Assembly (NCBI GenBank): GCA_022780515.1 | Contig: JALEUV010000024.1 | Span: 16,793 to 80,792, forward strand | Reading direction: 5' to 3' | From: Anaerococcus sp. | GTDB lineage: Bacteria; Bacillota; Clostridia; Tissierellales; Peptoniphilaceae | DNA length: 64,000 nucleotides | Shown: in pieces, positions 42,736-52,918 of the stretch | Layout: the number at the start of each line of letters is the position of its first letter | How positions within the stretch are numbered: position 1 is the stretch's first letter | The notes under the pieces: generated by a model | Database searches by the model: none | Seen by the model: only the letters and a program-made list of their open reading frames with translations | What the model was told of the DNA's origin: nothing | Made by a program: the position numbers and the translations under genes

Positions 42736-43294
42736 TATAGACTCATATAAGGATAGGCTCTTAGAAGACATAGGTAAAAAACGTTACAAGCACAGTCTAA
42801 GGGTGGTAGATGCAGCTCTTAAGCTAAGTGAAGATCTTGATATAGATGTAGATAAAGTCAAGATTGCGGCACTTTTGCATGATTGTGCCAAGTACAATGA
42901 AGAGAGATATATAAGAGAGCTTGACCTAAAGATAGATGAAAAAATCCATCCAACAAGCCCTGTTATCCATGCATTTGTAGGGGCAGAAGTTGCCAAAAAA
43001 GTGTATAATATTAAAGACAATGATATCTTAGATGCCATAAGGTACCACACGACTGGCAGGGCCAATATGAGCCTCTATGAGAAGATAGTATTCTTGGCAG
43101 ATGCCATCGAAGAAAAAAGGGACTATCCAGGAGTAGAGGATATAAGGGAGAAGGCCTTTGAGGATATCGATGAGGGACTTTTGGAGTGCCTAGATCATAA
43201 TATAAAGTTTTTAATAGATAAGAAATCTTATATCGAAAGTCTTACTTTTGAGGCTAGAAATTATTTAATAAAGGAGAAAAATGGAAAAAGTTGA
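42728..43294 (+). CDS. yqeK: YqeK HD-domain Ap4A hydrolase
   Basis: RYKHS..V, LLHDCAK, YHTTG, LAD.IE. Confidence 0.92.
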   Translation: MFDIDSYKDRLLEDIGKKRYKHSLRVVDAALKLSEDLDIDVDKVKIAALLHDCAKYNEERYIRELDLKIDEKIHPTSPVIHAFVGAEVAKKVYNIKDNDILDAIRYHTTGRANMSLYEKIVFLADAIEEKRDYPGVEDIREKAFEDIDEGLLECLDHNIKFLIDKKSYIESLTFEARNYLIKEKNGKS

Positions 43295-43589
43295 AAGAAT
43301 TTTAAAGACCTTAGACGATAAACTTGCTATAGATATAAAAACTATAGAGCTAGATAATTCATCAGTAGCTGATACCTTTATTATAGCAAGTGGTGGATCA
43401 ATTAACCAAACCCGTGCCTTGGCAGACTATGTCGAAGAAGACCTAGAAAAGGAAGGCTATAAAGTATTTTCTAAGGAAGGTCTTAGAGAGGGTGAATGGA
43501 TCCTCCTTGATGTAGGAGATGTAATTGTCCACATATTTACACAAAAACAACGTGAATTTTACGACTTAGATAATTTATGGGAGAGATAA
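43281..43589 (+). CDS. rsfS: Ribosome silencing factor
   Basis: DKLA.DI, WILLDVGDVIVHIF..QREFYDLDNLW. Confidence 0.96.
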   Translation: MEKVERILKTLDDKLAIDIKTIELDNSSVADTFIIASGGSINQTRALADYVEEDLEKEGYKVFSKEGLREGEWILLDVGDVIVHIFTQKQREFYDLDNLWER

Positions 43590-43613
43590 TTCCCTAAATT
43601 GTAGGAGCTTACA

Positions 43614-44219
43614 ATGTCAGAGGATAAAAGAGATAAGATAATTTATTTTTTGGTAGTTGTAATAGTTGCCCTGGGTGCTAGGAGTTTCTTCAAGGGAGAC
43701 TTTTCTAGTGCCTTTAAAAGGGACGAAGATTTAAAAATAATAGCAGAAGATAGTGTTTCTGAAGAAAATCTAGAAGAAATAACTAAGGGAGATGCTGAGA
43801 GAAAAGTCTATATAACAGGCCAAATCACAAATCCTGGTGTCTATATCATAGGAGATGATGATAGGCTTGAGGATTTAATAACAATGGCAGGAGGCCTAAC
43901 AGAAAGAGCCAACAACAAGAACTTGAATTTAGCTATTAAATTAGAAGACCAAATGAAAATTTACATACCGGATATCGATGAAGATATTATAGAAGAAGAC
44001 CTAAATTTGAGCGAAAGTACTACTGGTGGTGGACTTGTCAATATAAACACTGCTAGCAAGGAAGAGCTTATGGAGCTTCCCAATGTTGGAGAAAAAAGAG
44101 CAGAAGCCATTATAAACTATAGGGAAGAAAATCGATTTGAAAAAATCGAAGACATAAAAAAAGTTACTGGAATAGGCGATAAATTTTTCGAAGCATTGAA
44201 GGATTTAATAACAATATAG
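43614..44219 (+). CDS. comEA: ComEA-family DNA-binding protein
   Basis: N-terminal TM, SLBB (VYITG..NPGVY) and HhH (VNINTAS..EL..LP.VG). Confidence 0.9.
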   Translation: MSEDKRDKIIYFLVVVIVALGARSFFKGDFSSAFKRDEDLKIIAEDSVSEENLEEITKGDAERKVYITGQITNPGVYIIGDDDRLEDLITMAGGLTERANNKNLNLAIKLEDQMKIYIPDIDEDIIEEDLNLSESTTGGGLVNINTASKEELMELPNVGEKRAEAIINYREENRFEKIEDIKKVTGIGDKFFEALKDLITI

Positions 44220-44227
44220 GTGATAAA

Positions 44228-44629
44228 ATGAAATTATCAACAAGAGGAAGGTATGGATTGAGAGCCATGTGCTACCTGGCTTCCAATAAGAATAAGGGCT
44301 ATATATCTGTATCCGAAATCTCCGATAAGCTAAATTTATCAGAGAACTACTTGGAGCAATTAATAAGGCTCTTAAAAAACGAGGGACTAATCAAGTCTCA
44401 AAGAGGCCCCAAGGGTGGCTACATGATTACAAAAGACCTCAAGGATATAAGTGTCGGCGAGGTTTTGAGGGCCCTTGAGGGAAATATCACTATGAGTGAA
44501 TGTGTAAGTGGTAGCTATGACTGCTACAATAAGTGTGATGCATACAATGTTTTTAATAGGATAGACCAGGTCATTAATGATGCTGTTGATTCTATTACTT
44601 TAGAAAATATTATAAATCAAGAAGTATGA
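44228..44629 (+). CDS. Rrf2-family regulator (IscR-like, three Cys)
   Basis: LSTRGRYGLRAM, YLEQL, S.RGPKGGY, C..C..C. Confidence 0.92.
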   Translation: MKLSTRGRYGLRAMCYLASNKNKGYISVSEISDKLNLSENYLEQLIRLLKNEGLIKSQRGPKGGYMITKDLKDISVGEVLRALEGNITMSECVSGSYDCYNKCDAYNVFNRIDQVINDAVDSITLENIINQEV

Positions 44630-44638
44630 GGTAAATTA

Positions 44639-47257
44639 ATGAAACAATTAGGAATGAATGAGTTAAGAAGTAAATTTTTAAACTTTTTTGGAGAAAAACA
44701 CGATCATACCCTACTTAAATCTTTTCCACTAATACCAGTAGATGATGATTCACTACTACTAATAAATGCTGGTATGGCACCTCTAAAGAAATATTTTACT
44801 GGTGAGAAGAAGATGAAAAATAATAGGGCGACTTCATCCCAAAAATGTGTAAGGACTGCAGATATTGAGAGAGTCGGAAAGACCGAACGCCACGGAACCT
44901 TCTTTGAGATGCTGGGTAATTTTTCCTTTGGGGATTATTTTAAGGAAGAAGCCATAAGCTGGGCCTACGAATTTTTGACTTCAGAACTTGAAATTTCTAA
45001 GGACCTCTTATGGGTAACAGTCTACAAGGATGACGATGAAGCCTACAATATATGGAAGGATAAGATAGGTATAGATCCAGAAAGAATTTTGAGACAAGGC
45101 AAGGAAGATAACTTCTGGGAAATCGAAGTGGGCCCATGTGGACCTTGTTCTGAAATCTTTGTAGATAGGGGAGAAGCTAGGGCAGTAGATGAGAATGATA
45201 CAAAACCTGGCAATGATGATTCAGATAGGTTTATGGAAGTGTGGAACCTAGTATTTACCCAATTTAACAAGGAAAAGGATAATAATTATACCCCACTTGC
45301 CCATCCAAATATCGATACAGGTATGGGTCTTGAGAGAATTGCTATGGTCCTTCAAGAAAAAGACAATATCTTTGAAGTTGATGTTATGGCTGCTATCATT
45401 GATGAAATCGAAAAAGTTTCTGGCAAAAAATATAGGGAAGACAAGAAATCAGATGTATCTATCAGAGTTATAGCAGACCATGCCAAGGCTATGACCTTTC
45501 TAGTAGGAGATGGGGTAATTCCATCAAATGAAAAGAGAGGCTATGTCCTTAGAAGACTTATAAGAAGAGCCTACAGACATGGCAAACTACTTGGAGTTAA
45601 AGGAGAATTCCTAAGCAAGATAGTTGATAAAGTAATAGATTCCTACAAGGTAGAATACGAAGAACTAGAAGACAATAGAGAAAAAATCAAAGAAATAATC
45701 GTAGAAGAAGAAGACAGGTTCCAAAAAACTATCGACCAAGGTCTACTTATGCTAGAAGAAAAGATAGAAGCTATCAAAGCCAATGGTGAGTCTATCCTAG
45801 ATGGAAAAGAAGCCTTCAGATTGTATGACACCTATGGTTTCCCACTAGACTTAACCAAAGAAATTCTAGAAGAAAATAACCTAAGTGTTGATGAAGAAGC
45901 CTTCAATAAGGAAATGGAAATCCAAAAGCAAACAGCTAGGGATGCTAGGAAGAAAGATGCAGGTTGGTCACTTGATAACCTAAATACAGAAGGTATCGCT
46001 AAGACTGACTTCCTAGGATATGACAACCTAGTTGTAGAAGGCAAGGCCCTCAGACTTTACCAAAATAATGATCAAGTTGATTCTATAAGTGAAGATCACG
46101 GAGAAAATGGTATAATAATATCTGATAAGACTTCGTTTTATGCTGAGGGCGGAGGTCAAGTTGCTGATACAGGATATATCTATAATGATAACTTTAAGGC
46201 AAGGGTAATCGACGTCCAAAAGCAAAAAGATATCTATTTCCATTATGTAGAAGTTATAGAAGGAAAATTAGCTACAAATGATAGGGCAAGCTTTGAGGTA
46301 GATAAGGATAGACGTTATGCTATCGAGAGAAACCACTCAGCTACCCACTTATTAGACCAAGCTCTGAAAGATGTATTAGGGAGTCAAGTTGGACAAGCAG
46401 GATCACTGGTAGATGAAAATAAATTAAGGTTTGACTTTACCCACAATAAGGCCTTGACTGGTGAAGAGTTATCTCAAATAGAGCAAATCGTTAATAGACA
46501 AATTGCCAAGAGAGATGTAGTTACCAAGGAAATTATGGATTACAAGGACTCACAAGAAAAAGGTGCTATAGGCTTATTTGAAGATAAGTATAAGGATAAG
46601 GTTAGAGTTGTAAGCATGGGAGATTACTCAAAGGAACTTTGTGGTGGCTGCCATGTAAATAACACATCAGATATCTTGATGTTTAAAATCAAATCAGAGT
46701 CTTCAGTATCAGCTGGAGTTAGAAGAATAGAAGCTATAACCGGAACTAAGGTATATGAGCTCTTGTTAGAAGATGAAAATAAGCTAGCAAACATAGCTGG
46801 ACAATTAAATACCAATCAAAACAACATCGAAAATAGGATTGATAACTTAAAAGCTGAGATAGAAAGTCAAAAACAAGAGATAGGAAGACTAAAGGCTACA
46901 AGCTCCCAAGATATAGTTGGAGAATTAAAAGAAGCTATCAAAGAAATTAACGGTGTTAATGTCCTAGTCAAGAAGTTTGACAAGGCTAGTATGGATGAGC
47001 TACGTGACTATGAAAATAGGATCAAGAGCAAGGTAGATAATCTAATTATAGTCTTTGCTTCTGTGGATGATAAGATAGTATTTACAGTTTCAGTTGATGA
47101 TAAGCTAACAGATAGATATGATGCAGGTAAAATCGTAAGAACCGTTGCCCAAATTACTGGAGGAAACGGCGGTGGTAGAAAGAACTTTGCTCAAGCCGGA
47201 GGAAAGGACATTTCTAAGTTAGATGAGGCTCTAGATAAAGTTTACGAAATCATTTAA
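44639..47257 (+). CDS. alaS: Alanyl-tRNA synthetase
   Basis: [43 protein letters not shown]. Confidence 0.98.
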   Translation: MKQLGMNELRSKFLNFFGEKHDHTLLKSFPLIPVDDDSLLLINAGMAPLKKYFTGEKKMKNNRATSSQKCVRTADIERVGKTERHGTFFEMLGNFSFGDYFKEEAISWAYEFLTSELEISKDLLWVTVYKDDDEAYNIWKDKIGIDPERILRQGKEDNFWEIEVGPCGPCSEIFVDRGEARAVDENDTKPGNDDSDRFMEVWNLVFTQFNKEKDNNYTPLAHPNIDTGMGLERIAMVLQEKDNIFEVDVMAAIIDEIEKVSGKKYREDKKSDVSIRVIADHAKAMTFLVGDGVIPSNEKRGYVLRRLIRRAYRHGKLLGVKGEFLSKIVDKVIDSYKVEYEELEDNREKIKEIIVEEEDRFQKTIDQGLLMLEEKIEAIKANGESILDGKEAFRLYDTYGFPLDLTKEILEENNLSVDEEAFNKEMEIQKQTARDARKKDAGWSLDNLNTEGIAKTDFLGYDNLVVEGKALRLYQNNDQVDSISEDHGENGIIISDKTSFYAEGGGQVADTGYIYNDNFKARVIDVQKQKDIYFHYVEVIEGKLATNDRASFEVDKDRRYAIERNHSATHLLDQALKDVLGSQVGQAGSLVDENKLRFDFTHNKALTGEELSQIEQIVNRQIAKRDVVTKEIMDYKDSQEKGAIGLFEDKYKDKVRVVSMGDYSKELCGGCHVNNTSDILMFKIKSESSVSAGVRRIEAITGTKVYELLLEDENKLANIAGQLNTNQNNIENRIDNLKAEIESQKQEIGRLKATSSQDIVGELKEAIKEINGVNVLVKKFDKASMDELRDYENRIKSKVDNLIIVFASVDDKIVFTVSVDDKLTDRYDAGKIVRTVAQITGGNGGGRKNFAQAGGKDISKLDEALDKVYEII

Positions 47258-47268
47258 GGAGTATATAT

Positions 47269-47529
47269 ATGACTGATAAGAATAACTTCAATGAGACCAT
47301 GCTATTTAAAGCACAAAAAGGTTCAGAAAAAGACATAAGGGAAATACTAACAACAGTATATGCTGCCCTAAAGGAAAAAGGATACAATCCAACAGGTCAA
47401 ATAGTGGGATATTTATTATCAGGTGATCCAACTTATATAACTGCTCATAACGGAGCTAGAAAACTTATAAGATCAATAGATAGAGATAGGTTATTAGAAG
47501 AATTATTAGAAGAATATCTTAATGAGTAG
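47269..47529 (+). CDS. IreB/ReoM (UPF0297) regulatory phosphoprotein
   Basis: [26 protein letters not shown]. Confidence 0.95.
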   Translation: MTDKNNFNETMLFKAQKGSEKDIREILTTVYAALKEKGYNPTGQIVGYLLSGDPTYITAHNGARKLIRSIDRDRLLEELLEEYLNE

Positions 47530-47941
47530 AATAATAGGACTTGATGTCGGTGATAAAACAATTGGGGTTGCTGTAAGTGACCCTATGTTTTTACTCGCCC
47601 AACCAGTAGAAACTATAAAGAGAACAAAAGTAAAAAATGATATCAATAGACTTAAAGACTTGATAGAGGAGTACGAAGCTGACCTACTTGTAGTGGGTCT
47701 ACCTAAGAATATGAACAATACTATAGGCCCCCAATCCATGAAGGTGATGAGCTTTGTCGACCTTATAAAGAAAGAAATTGATATCGAAATTGTATATGAA
47801 GATGAACGAATGACTACTATTCAATCAGAGGCTGTCCTTATGGATATGAAAGTTAGAAGAGAAAATCGCAAGAAGTATATAGACAAGATTGCGGCAGCCT
47901 TTATTCTACAAACATATTTGGATAGGAGAAAAAATGGATAA
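47522..47941 (+). CDS. ruvX: RuvX/YqgF pre-16S rRNA nuclease
   Basis: [33 protein letters not shown]. Confidence 0.95.
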   Translation: MSRIIGLDVGDKTIGVAVSDPMFLLAQPVETIKRTKVKNDINRLKDLIEEYEADLLVVGLPKNMNNTIGPQSMKVMSFVDLIKKEIDIEIVYEDERMTTIQSEAVLMDMKVRRENRKKYIDKIAAAFILQTYLDRRKNG

Positions 47942-48176
47942 GATTATTTTACTCGACGAAGAGAATAATGAAGTTGAATTTGAACTAATAGATACATTCG
48001 GAGTAGACGAGGCAAATTATGCCGCCCTAAAGCAAGTAAATGATGAATTGATTCTAATTTGTGAAATTATAGAAGAAGATAAGGAAATCATGTTCAAGGC
48101 TGTAGACGATGATAAGAAATTAGAAGAAATCATTAGCTTTTATGAAGAGATGAAAGAAGAAAAAGATGAACATTGA
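47934..48176 (+). CDS. DUF1292 protein
   Basis: I.L.DE...E.EFE.ID.F.V....Y; ATG 47934 follows AGGAG; standard position after ruvX. Confidence 0.85.
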   Translation: MDKIILLDEENNEVEFELIDTFGVDEANYAALKQVNDELILICEIIEEDKEIMFKAVDDDKKLEEIISFYEEMKEEKDEH

Positions 48177-48603
48177 TCAGGTTAAGAAGATTTTTGAACA
48201 GAACAACCAAAAATTTACCAAGCAAAGACAAATAGTATTTAATGCCCTCCAAGACTCAGAGGCAAAACATATAACGCCTGAGGAACTTTTTTCTGAAATT
48301 CATTTAGAACACAAGCAAGTTGGTATAGCTACAGTTTATAGGACCCTCAATATTTTTGAAGAGCTTGGTATTGTTAATAAGCAAGAATTTACAGACAATG
48401 CCTACACTTATGAATTAATTGATAAAAACCATGAACACCATGATCATTTGATATGTACCAACTGTGGAAAAATCATAGAAGTAGAGTGTATAGATAGTGA
48501 AGAGATGAGATCATCCTTAAGTGAAAAGTATGATTTTGACCTTGACTATTACTCATTGAGGATTTATGGTACTTGCTCCGATTGTAGGAATAACAAGGAG
48601 TAA
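48166..48603 (+). CDS. Fur-family transcriptional regulator
   Basis: TKQR, GIATVYRTL, HHDHLICTNCG, C..C. Confidence 0.94.
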   Translation: MNIDQVKKIFEQNNQKFTKQRQIVFNALQDSEAKHITPEELFSEIHLEHKQVGIATVYRTLNIFEELGIVNKQEFTDNAYTYELIDKNHEHHDHLICTNCGKIIEVECIDSEEMRSSLSEKYDFDLDYYSLRIYGTCSDCRNNKE

Positions 48604-48605
48604 AA

Positions 48606-50276
48606 ATGAAAGATGATAAAAAGTTAAGAGTCATCCCACTCGGGGGACTACAAGAAGTAGGTAAGAACTCAACTATAGTTGAGTATGGGAATGATATGAT
48701 AATGATAGACTGTGGTCTAACCTTCCCTGATGAAGATATGCTGGGAGTAGATACAGTTATTCCTGATTTTACCTATGTTGAAGAAAACAAGGACAAGTTT
48801 AGGGGAATATTTGTAACCCATGCCCATGAAGACCATATTGGGGCTATACCATATTTTCTAAAAGAAATAGATACCAATGTGTATTGTTCTAAGCTAACTA
48901 AGGGACTTTTGGAAAATAAATTTAAGGAACATGGACTAAACCCTAACAAGATAAAGATGGTTAATGTAAACAATACTGTTAAGGCAGGTTGTTTTACTGT
49001 AGAATTTATTAGAGCCAGCCACTCTATTCCAGATGCTTGCATTATTGCTATCAAGACACCAATCGGAAGAATAATCTTCACTGGTGACTTCAAGATGGAC
49101 TTTACACCAATAGATAACGACCCAACTGATATCCAAAGACTAGCTGAACTTGGCAAAAAAGGAGTACTTGCTCTATTTGCAGATTCAACTAACGTAGAAA
49201 GAGAAGGATATAGCATAAGTGAGAGGGAAGTAGGAGAGACCTTTATCCAACTTTTTGGTAGGGCAAGGTCTAGGATAATTGTTGCAACCTTTGCATCAAA
49301 CCTCCACAGGGTCCAACAAGTTATATATGCAGCAGAAAGATACAATAAGAAGGTTGCCCTTTCTGGAAGGTCTATGCTCAATAACGTAAGGATAGCCAAG
49401 GAATTAGGCTATCTAAAGCTAAAACCAAATACAATAATTGATATGAAGAGCCTTAAGAACTACGCTGACGATGAGATAGTTGTCCTATCAACAGGAACCC
49501 AAGGAGAACCCCTATCAGCCCTAACTAGGATGGCAGCAGGAGAACACAAGCAAATTCACCTAAATGAAACTGACACTGTTATCCTATCTTCATCAGTAAT
49601 TCCAGGCAACGAGATGGCAATCAATAACACAATAAATAACCTTACCAAGATAGGATGTAATATAATTTATTCATCCCTAGCCAAGGTCCATGCTTCAGGC
49701 CATGCCTGCCAAGAAGAAATCAAGCTTATGTACCAACTTGTTACACCAAAGTTCCTAGTGCCAGTCCATGGTGAGATTAGACAACTCCAAAAACATTCTG
49801 ATATAGCAGTATCTATGGGTCACCCTAAAGATAGGATCTTTATTGGTTCAAATGGAGATGTATTTGAATTTACCAAGAAGTCTGCTAGGATCCATGGCAA
49901 GGTCCAAGCTGGCAATATCTTAATAGATGGATCAGGTATAGGCGATGTAGGTAACATTGTTCTTAAAGACCGTAAGCACCTATCAGAGGATGGCTTGGTT
50001 GTAGTATCCTTGACCATAGACAAGCACACCCAAAGACTCCTTGCAGGACCAGAGATAGTATCAAGAGGTTTTGTCTATGTTAAAGAAAACCAAGACATTA
50101 TTGAAAACTCAAAAGATGTAGTATTAAGGTCTATCAAGAAGTGTCAAGATAAGGAAATTAGGGCCATTAGCCAAATAAAATATAAGATAAGGGAAGATTT
50201 AAAATCCTATATCTACAACGAGCTAGGTCGTGATCCTATGATACTACCTGTAATTTCAGAGATTGTAAATGACTGA
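48606..50276 (+). CDS. rnj: Ribonuclease J
   Basis: LGGLQEVGKN, THAHEDHIG, TGDFK, HASGH, PVHGE. Confidence 0.97.
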   Translation: MKDDKKLRVIPLGGLQEVGKNSTIVEYGNDMIMIDCGLTFPDEDMLGVDTVIPDFTYVEENKDKFRGIFVTHAHEDHIGAIPYFLKEIDTNVYCSKLTKGLLENKFKEHGLNPNKIKMVNVNNTVKAGCFTVEFIRASHSIPDACIIAIKTPIGRIIFTGDFKMDFTPIDNDPTDIQRLAELGKKGVLALFADSTNVEREGYSISEREVGETFIQLFGRARSRIIVATFASNLHRVQQVIYAAERYNKKVALSGRSMLNNVRIAKELGYLKLKPNTIIDMKSLKNYADDEIVVLSTGTQGEPLSALTRMAAGEHKQIHLNETDTVILSSSVIPGNEMAINNTINNLTKIGCNIIYSSLAKVHASGHACQEEIKLMYQLVTPKFLVPVHGEIRQLQKHSDIAVSMGHPKDRIFIGSNGDVFEFTKKSARIHGKVQAGNILIDGSGIGDVGNIVLKDRKHLSEDGLVVVSLTIDKHTQRLLAGPEIVSRGFVYVKENQDIIENSKDVVLRSIKKCQDKEIRAISQIKYKIREDLKSYIYNELGRDPMILPVISEIVND

Positions 50277-50910
50277 AGATAAAATTAATTACCCTCATAC
50301 CACATCATTTATAGAAGACTTAATAGATGACTTGGACTTTATAGAACTTAGAAAATACGCAAGGGATAACAAGGTCCCTATAATGAGAGAAGAAACTAAG
50401 TCCTTTCTCGTAAGCCTCTTAAGGATTATAAGACCAAAGAACATTTTAGAAATTGGCACTGCCATAGGTTATAGCTCCCTAGTATTCGAAAAATACACAG
50501 GAGCTGATATAACTACTATCGAACTTGATAAAAATATGGCAGATTTTGCAAGATCTAATTTTGAAAAATATAATAAAAAAGTCACATTGATAAATGATGA
50601 TGCAGAAAGAGCCTTGTCTAAGTTAGAGCAAGGCTTTGATTTTGTTTTTATAGATGCAAATAAGGCTTCCTACAAAAAATATTTTGATGAAGCTCATAGG
50701 CTCCTAAATAATAAAGGAGTCATAGTGTGTGATAATATTTTATTTAGGGGAGAAGTTTGTAATGATGATCTAATCGAGCGAAGAAAGATTACCATAGTCA
50801 AAAGATTGAGGAAGTTTTTAGCTTATATTACTGCCAGGGAAGATTATTACACATCAATCCTTCCCCTAGGTGATGGTATAAGTTTAAGTGTAAGGAGAGA
50901 AAATGACTAA
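50269..50910 (+). CDS. O-methyltransferase (YrrM/TrmR-like)
   Basis: ILEIGTAIGYS, FIDANK, DNILFRG; precedes a U32 gene. Confidence 0.88.
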   Translation: MTEDKINYPHTTSFIEDLIDDLDFIELRKYARDNKVPIMREETKSFLVSLLRIIRPKNILEIGTAIGYSSLVFEKYTGADITTIELDKNMADFARSNFEKYNKKVTLINDDAERALSKLEQGFDFVFIDANKASYKKYFDEAHRLLNNKGVIVCDNILFRGEVCNDDLIERRKITIVKRLRKFLAYITAREDYYTSILPLGDGISLSVRREND

Positions 50911-52135
50911 ACAAGTTGAATTATTAGCTCCAGCAGGAGATATGGAGAGGCTTAAGGCTGCCATAAAATACGGTGCCAATGCTGTGTTTTTGGCAGGAAA
51001 TAGCTTCGGCCTTAGGGCTAATGCCAAAAATTTCTCAAAAGATGACCTAAGAGAGGCAGTTAACTACGCCCATGAGAGAGATGTCAGGGTCCATGTAACC
51101 ATGAATGTCTTACCCCATGATGAGGATATGGTCGGTATAGTGGACTACCTAAAATTTCTTGATGAAATCAAGATAGATGCCCTAATTATCTCAGATCCTG
51201 GAATTTTTGCCCTAGCCAAGGAAAACACCAATATAGACCTCCATATATCAACCCAGGCCTCTGTTACAAATAGCCAGACAGTAAAATTTTGGCATGATAT
51301 GGGAGCCAAGAGGATAATCCTAGCTAGAGAGCTATCATTTGAAGAAATCAAAAATATAAAGGCTAATGCCCCAGAAGATATGGAAATAGAATGCTTTATC
51401 CATGGAGCTATGTGCATATCCTACTCAGGTAGGTGCCTCCTATCTAACTACATGACAGGAAGGGATGCCAATAGGGGAGACTGCGCCCAAGCTTGCAGGT
51501 GGAAATACACCATCCAAGAAGAAAATAGACCTGGTGAATACTACCCTATAGGCGAAGACGAAAATGGTGGAACCTTCATCATGAACTCCAAAGACCTTTG
51601 CCTAATTGACGAAATAGATAAGCTAATAGAGGCAGGAGTTGACTCATTTAAGATAGAAGGAAGGATGAAGACAGCCTTCTATGTGGCAACAGTAATTAGG
51701 TCATATAGACAAGCCATAGATGCCTATTATAAGGGTGAATACAATGAAGAAGTAGCTAAAAAATACCTAGAAGAAATCCAAAAAGCCAGCCATAGGCACT
51801 TTACCAAGGCCTTCTTCTACAATAAACCAGACCAAACATCACAAAACTACGGTTCTTCATCCTATATCAGGACCTATGACTTCATAGGAGTAGTCAAGTC
51901 TTATGATGAAGAAAACAAAATAGCTGAAATTGAGCAAAGAAATAGGTTCTTCCTGGGAGATGAAATAGAAATCTTTTCCAACTCCCCAGATTTTTACCAA
52001 GTAAAAATTGACAATATGAAAAATAAAAAGGGTGAAGACATAGAAGTAGCTAATGTCCCAAAGGAAAGAATCTTCATAAAAATCGACCTTCCATTAAGAG
52101 AGGGCGATATGCTTAGAAAGAAAATAGAAGAATAA
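50903..52135 (+). CDS. U32 peptidase family, TrhP/YrrO-like tRNA hydroxylase
   Basis: ELLAPAG, HISTQ, HGAMC.SYSGRC, NRG.C.Q.CR, FKIEGR. Confidence 0.92.
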   Translation: MTKQVELLAPAGDMERLKAAIKYGANAVFLAGNSFGLRANAKNFSKDDLREAVNYAHERDVRVHVTMNVLPHDEDMVGIVDYLKFLDEIKIDALIISDPGIFALAKENTNIDLHISTQASVTNSQTVKFWHDMGAKRIILARELSFEEIKNIKANAPEDMEIECFIHGAMCISYSGRCLLSNYMTGRDANRGDCAQACRWKYTIQEENRPGEYYPIGEDENGGTFIMNSKDLCLIDEIDKLIEAGVDSFKIEGRMKTAFYVATVIRSYRQAIDAYYKGEYNEEVAKKYLEEIQKASHRHFTKAFFYNKPDQTSQNYGSSSYIRTYDFIGVVKSYDEENKIAEIEQRNRFFLGDEIEIFSNSPDFYQVKIDNMKNKKGEDIEVANVPKERIFIKIDLPLREGDMLRKKIEE

Positions 52136-52584
52136 AACCAAGACCTTCTGATTATAAGTAGTTATAATTGGGAGGACTTATTTTATTCTATGGTTTCCGG
52201 CTAGAGTTTGCCCTAATAGTAGATTGACTTTTATCTTTAATTTTGTGATTGAAAAATTCGTATTTTATATTTTAAAATGTAAAAATATTATATTTAAGAT
52301 ATAGGGTTATTTGATTAGGTAAGTAGTAAGGATAAAAAGTATAATATAAATAAAAACAAATGGAATTTACCTATGGAATTGAAAGAAATTAATATACTAT
52401 TAATTAGTCATTAATCAAATATTAAGAACATAGTTAAAGTTAGCTTTTAGACGGTAGTTAAGGAGAGAGCAGATCAAATAGTAATATTTATTTAAAAGTC
52501 TCTATTATTTATGATCTTATTAGTTGTAATTAAGGTTATTTGAATAAGTTGGGATATTATTCTGCTAAAAGTTAAAGTCTCAAC

Positions 52585-52609
52585 AAAAAAGACGGAGGCT
52601 TGCTCCGTC
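52585..52609 (-). terminator. Intrinsic terminator of the small minus-strand gene
   Basis: Minus strand GACGGAG-CAAGC-CTCCGTC-TTTTTT. Confidence 0.85.
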
Positions 52610-52624
52610 AATTGGTCTTTAGAA

Positions 52625-52858
52625 TTACTTGTCTTCAGATGGGTTTTCTGAGAAGTCTGATCTTGTTCTACGTGATTCAACACCTACGTTTGAGTTTTGG
52701 TCAGCTTCGTCTGTGATTGATCTTAGATTTTCTTGGTCAGAGCTTAGTTTTTGATCTAATGATTCTCCACCAGAATTGTCAGCTTTAGATCTTATTTCCT
52801 TATCTAATTCCTTGTCTCCCCTGTATTGGTTTTCGTTTGTTATTTTGTTATCTGCCAT
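52625..52858 (-). CDS. Small hydrophilic acidic protein (77 aa)
   Basis: AAAGGAG RBS, own extended -10 (TGATACAAT) and own terminator. Confidence 0.75.
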   Translation of the reverse strand: MADNKITNENQYRGDKELDKEIRSKADNSGGESLDQKLSSDQENLRSITDEADQNSNVGVESRRTRSDFSENPSEDK

Positions 52859-52918
52859 AATGATCTCCTTTTCTTATTATTTATATTACTATTGTATCAG
52901 ATTTTAAAAAATTTTTCA

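Noticed and set aside
49125-49150. DIQRLAE in RNase J, resembling the Prp motif
   Set aside because: Internal, corresponds to a normal conserved RNase J helix, and is not an N-terminal extension.
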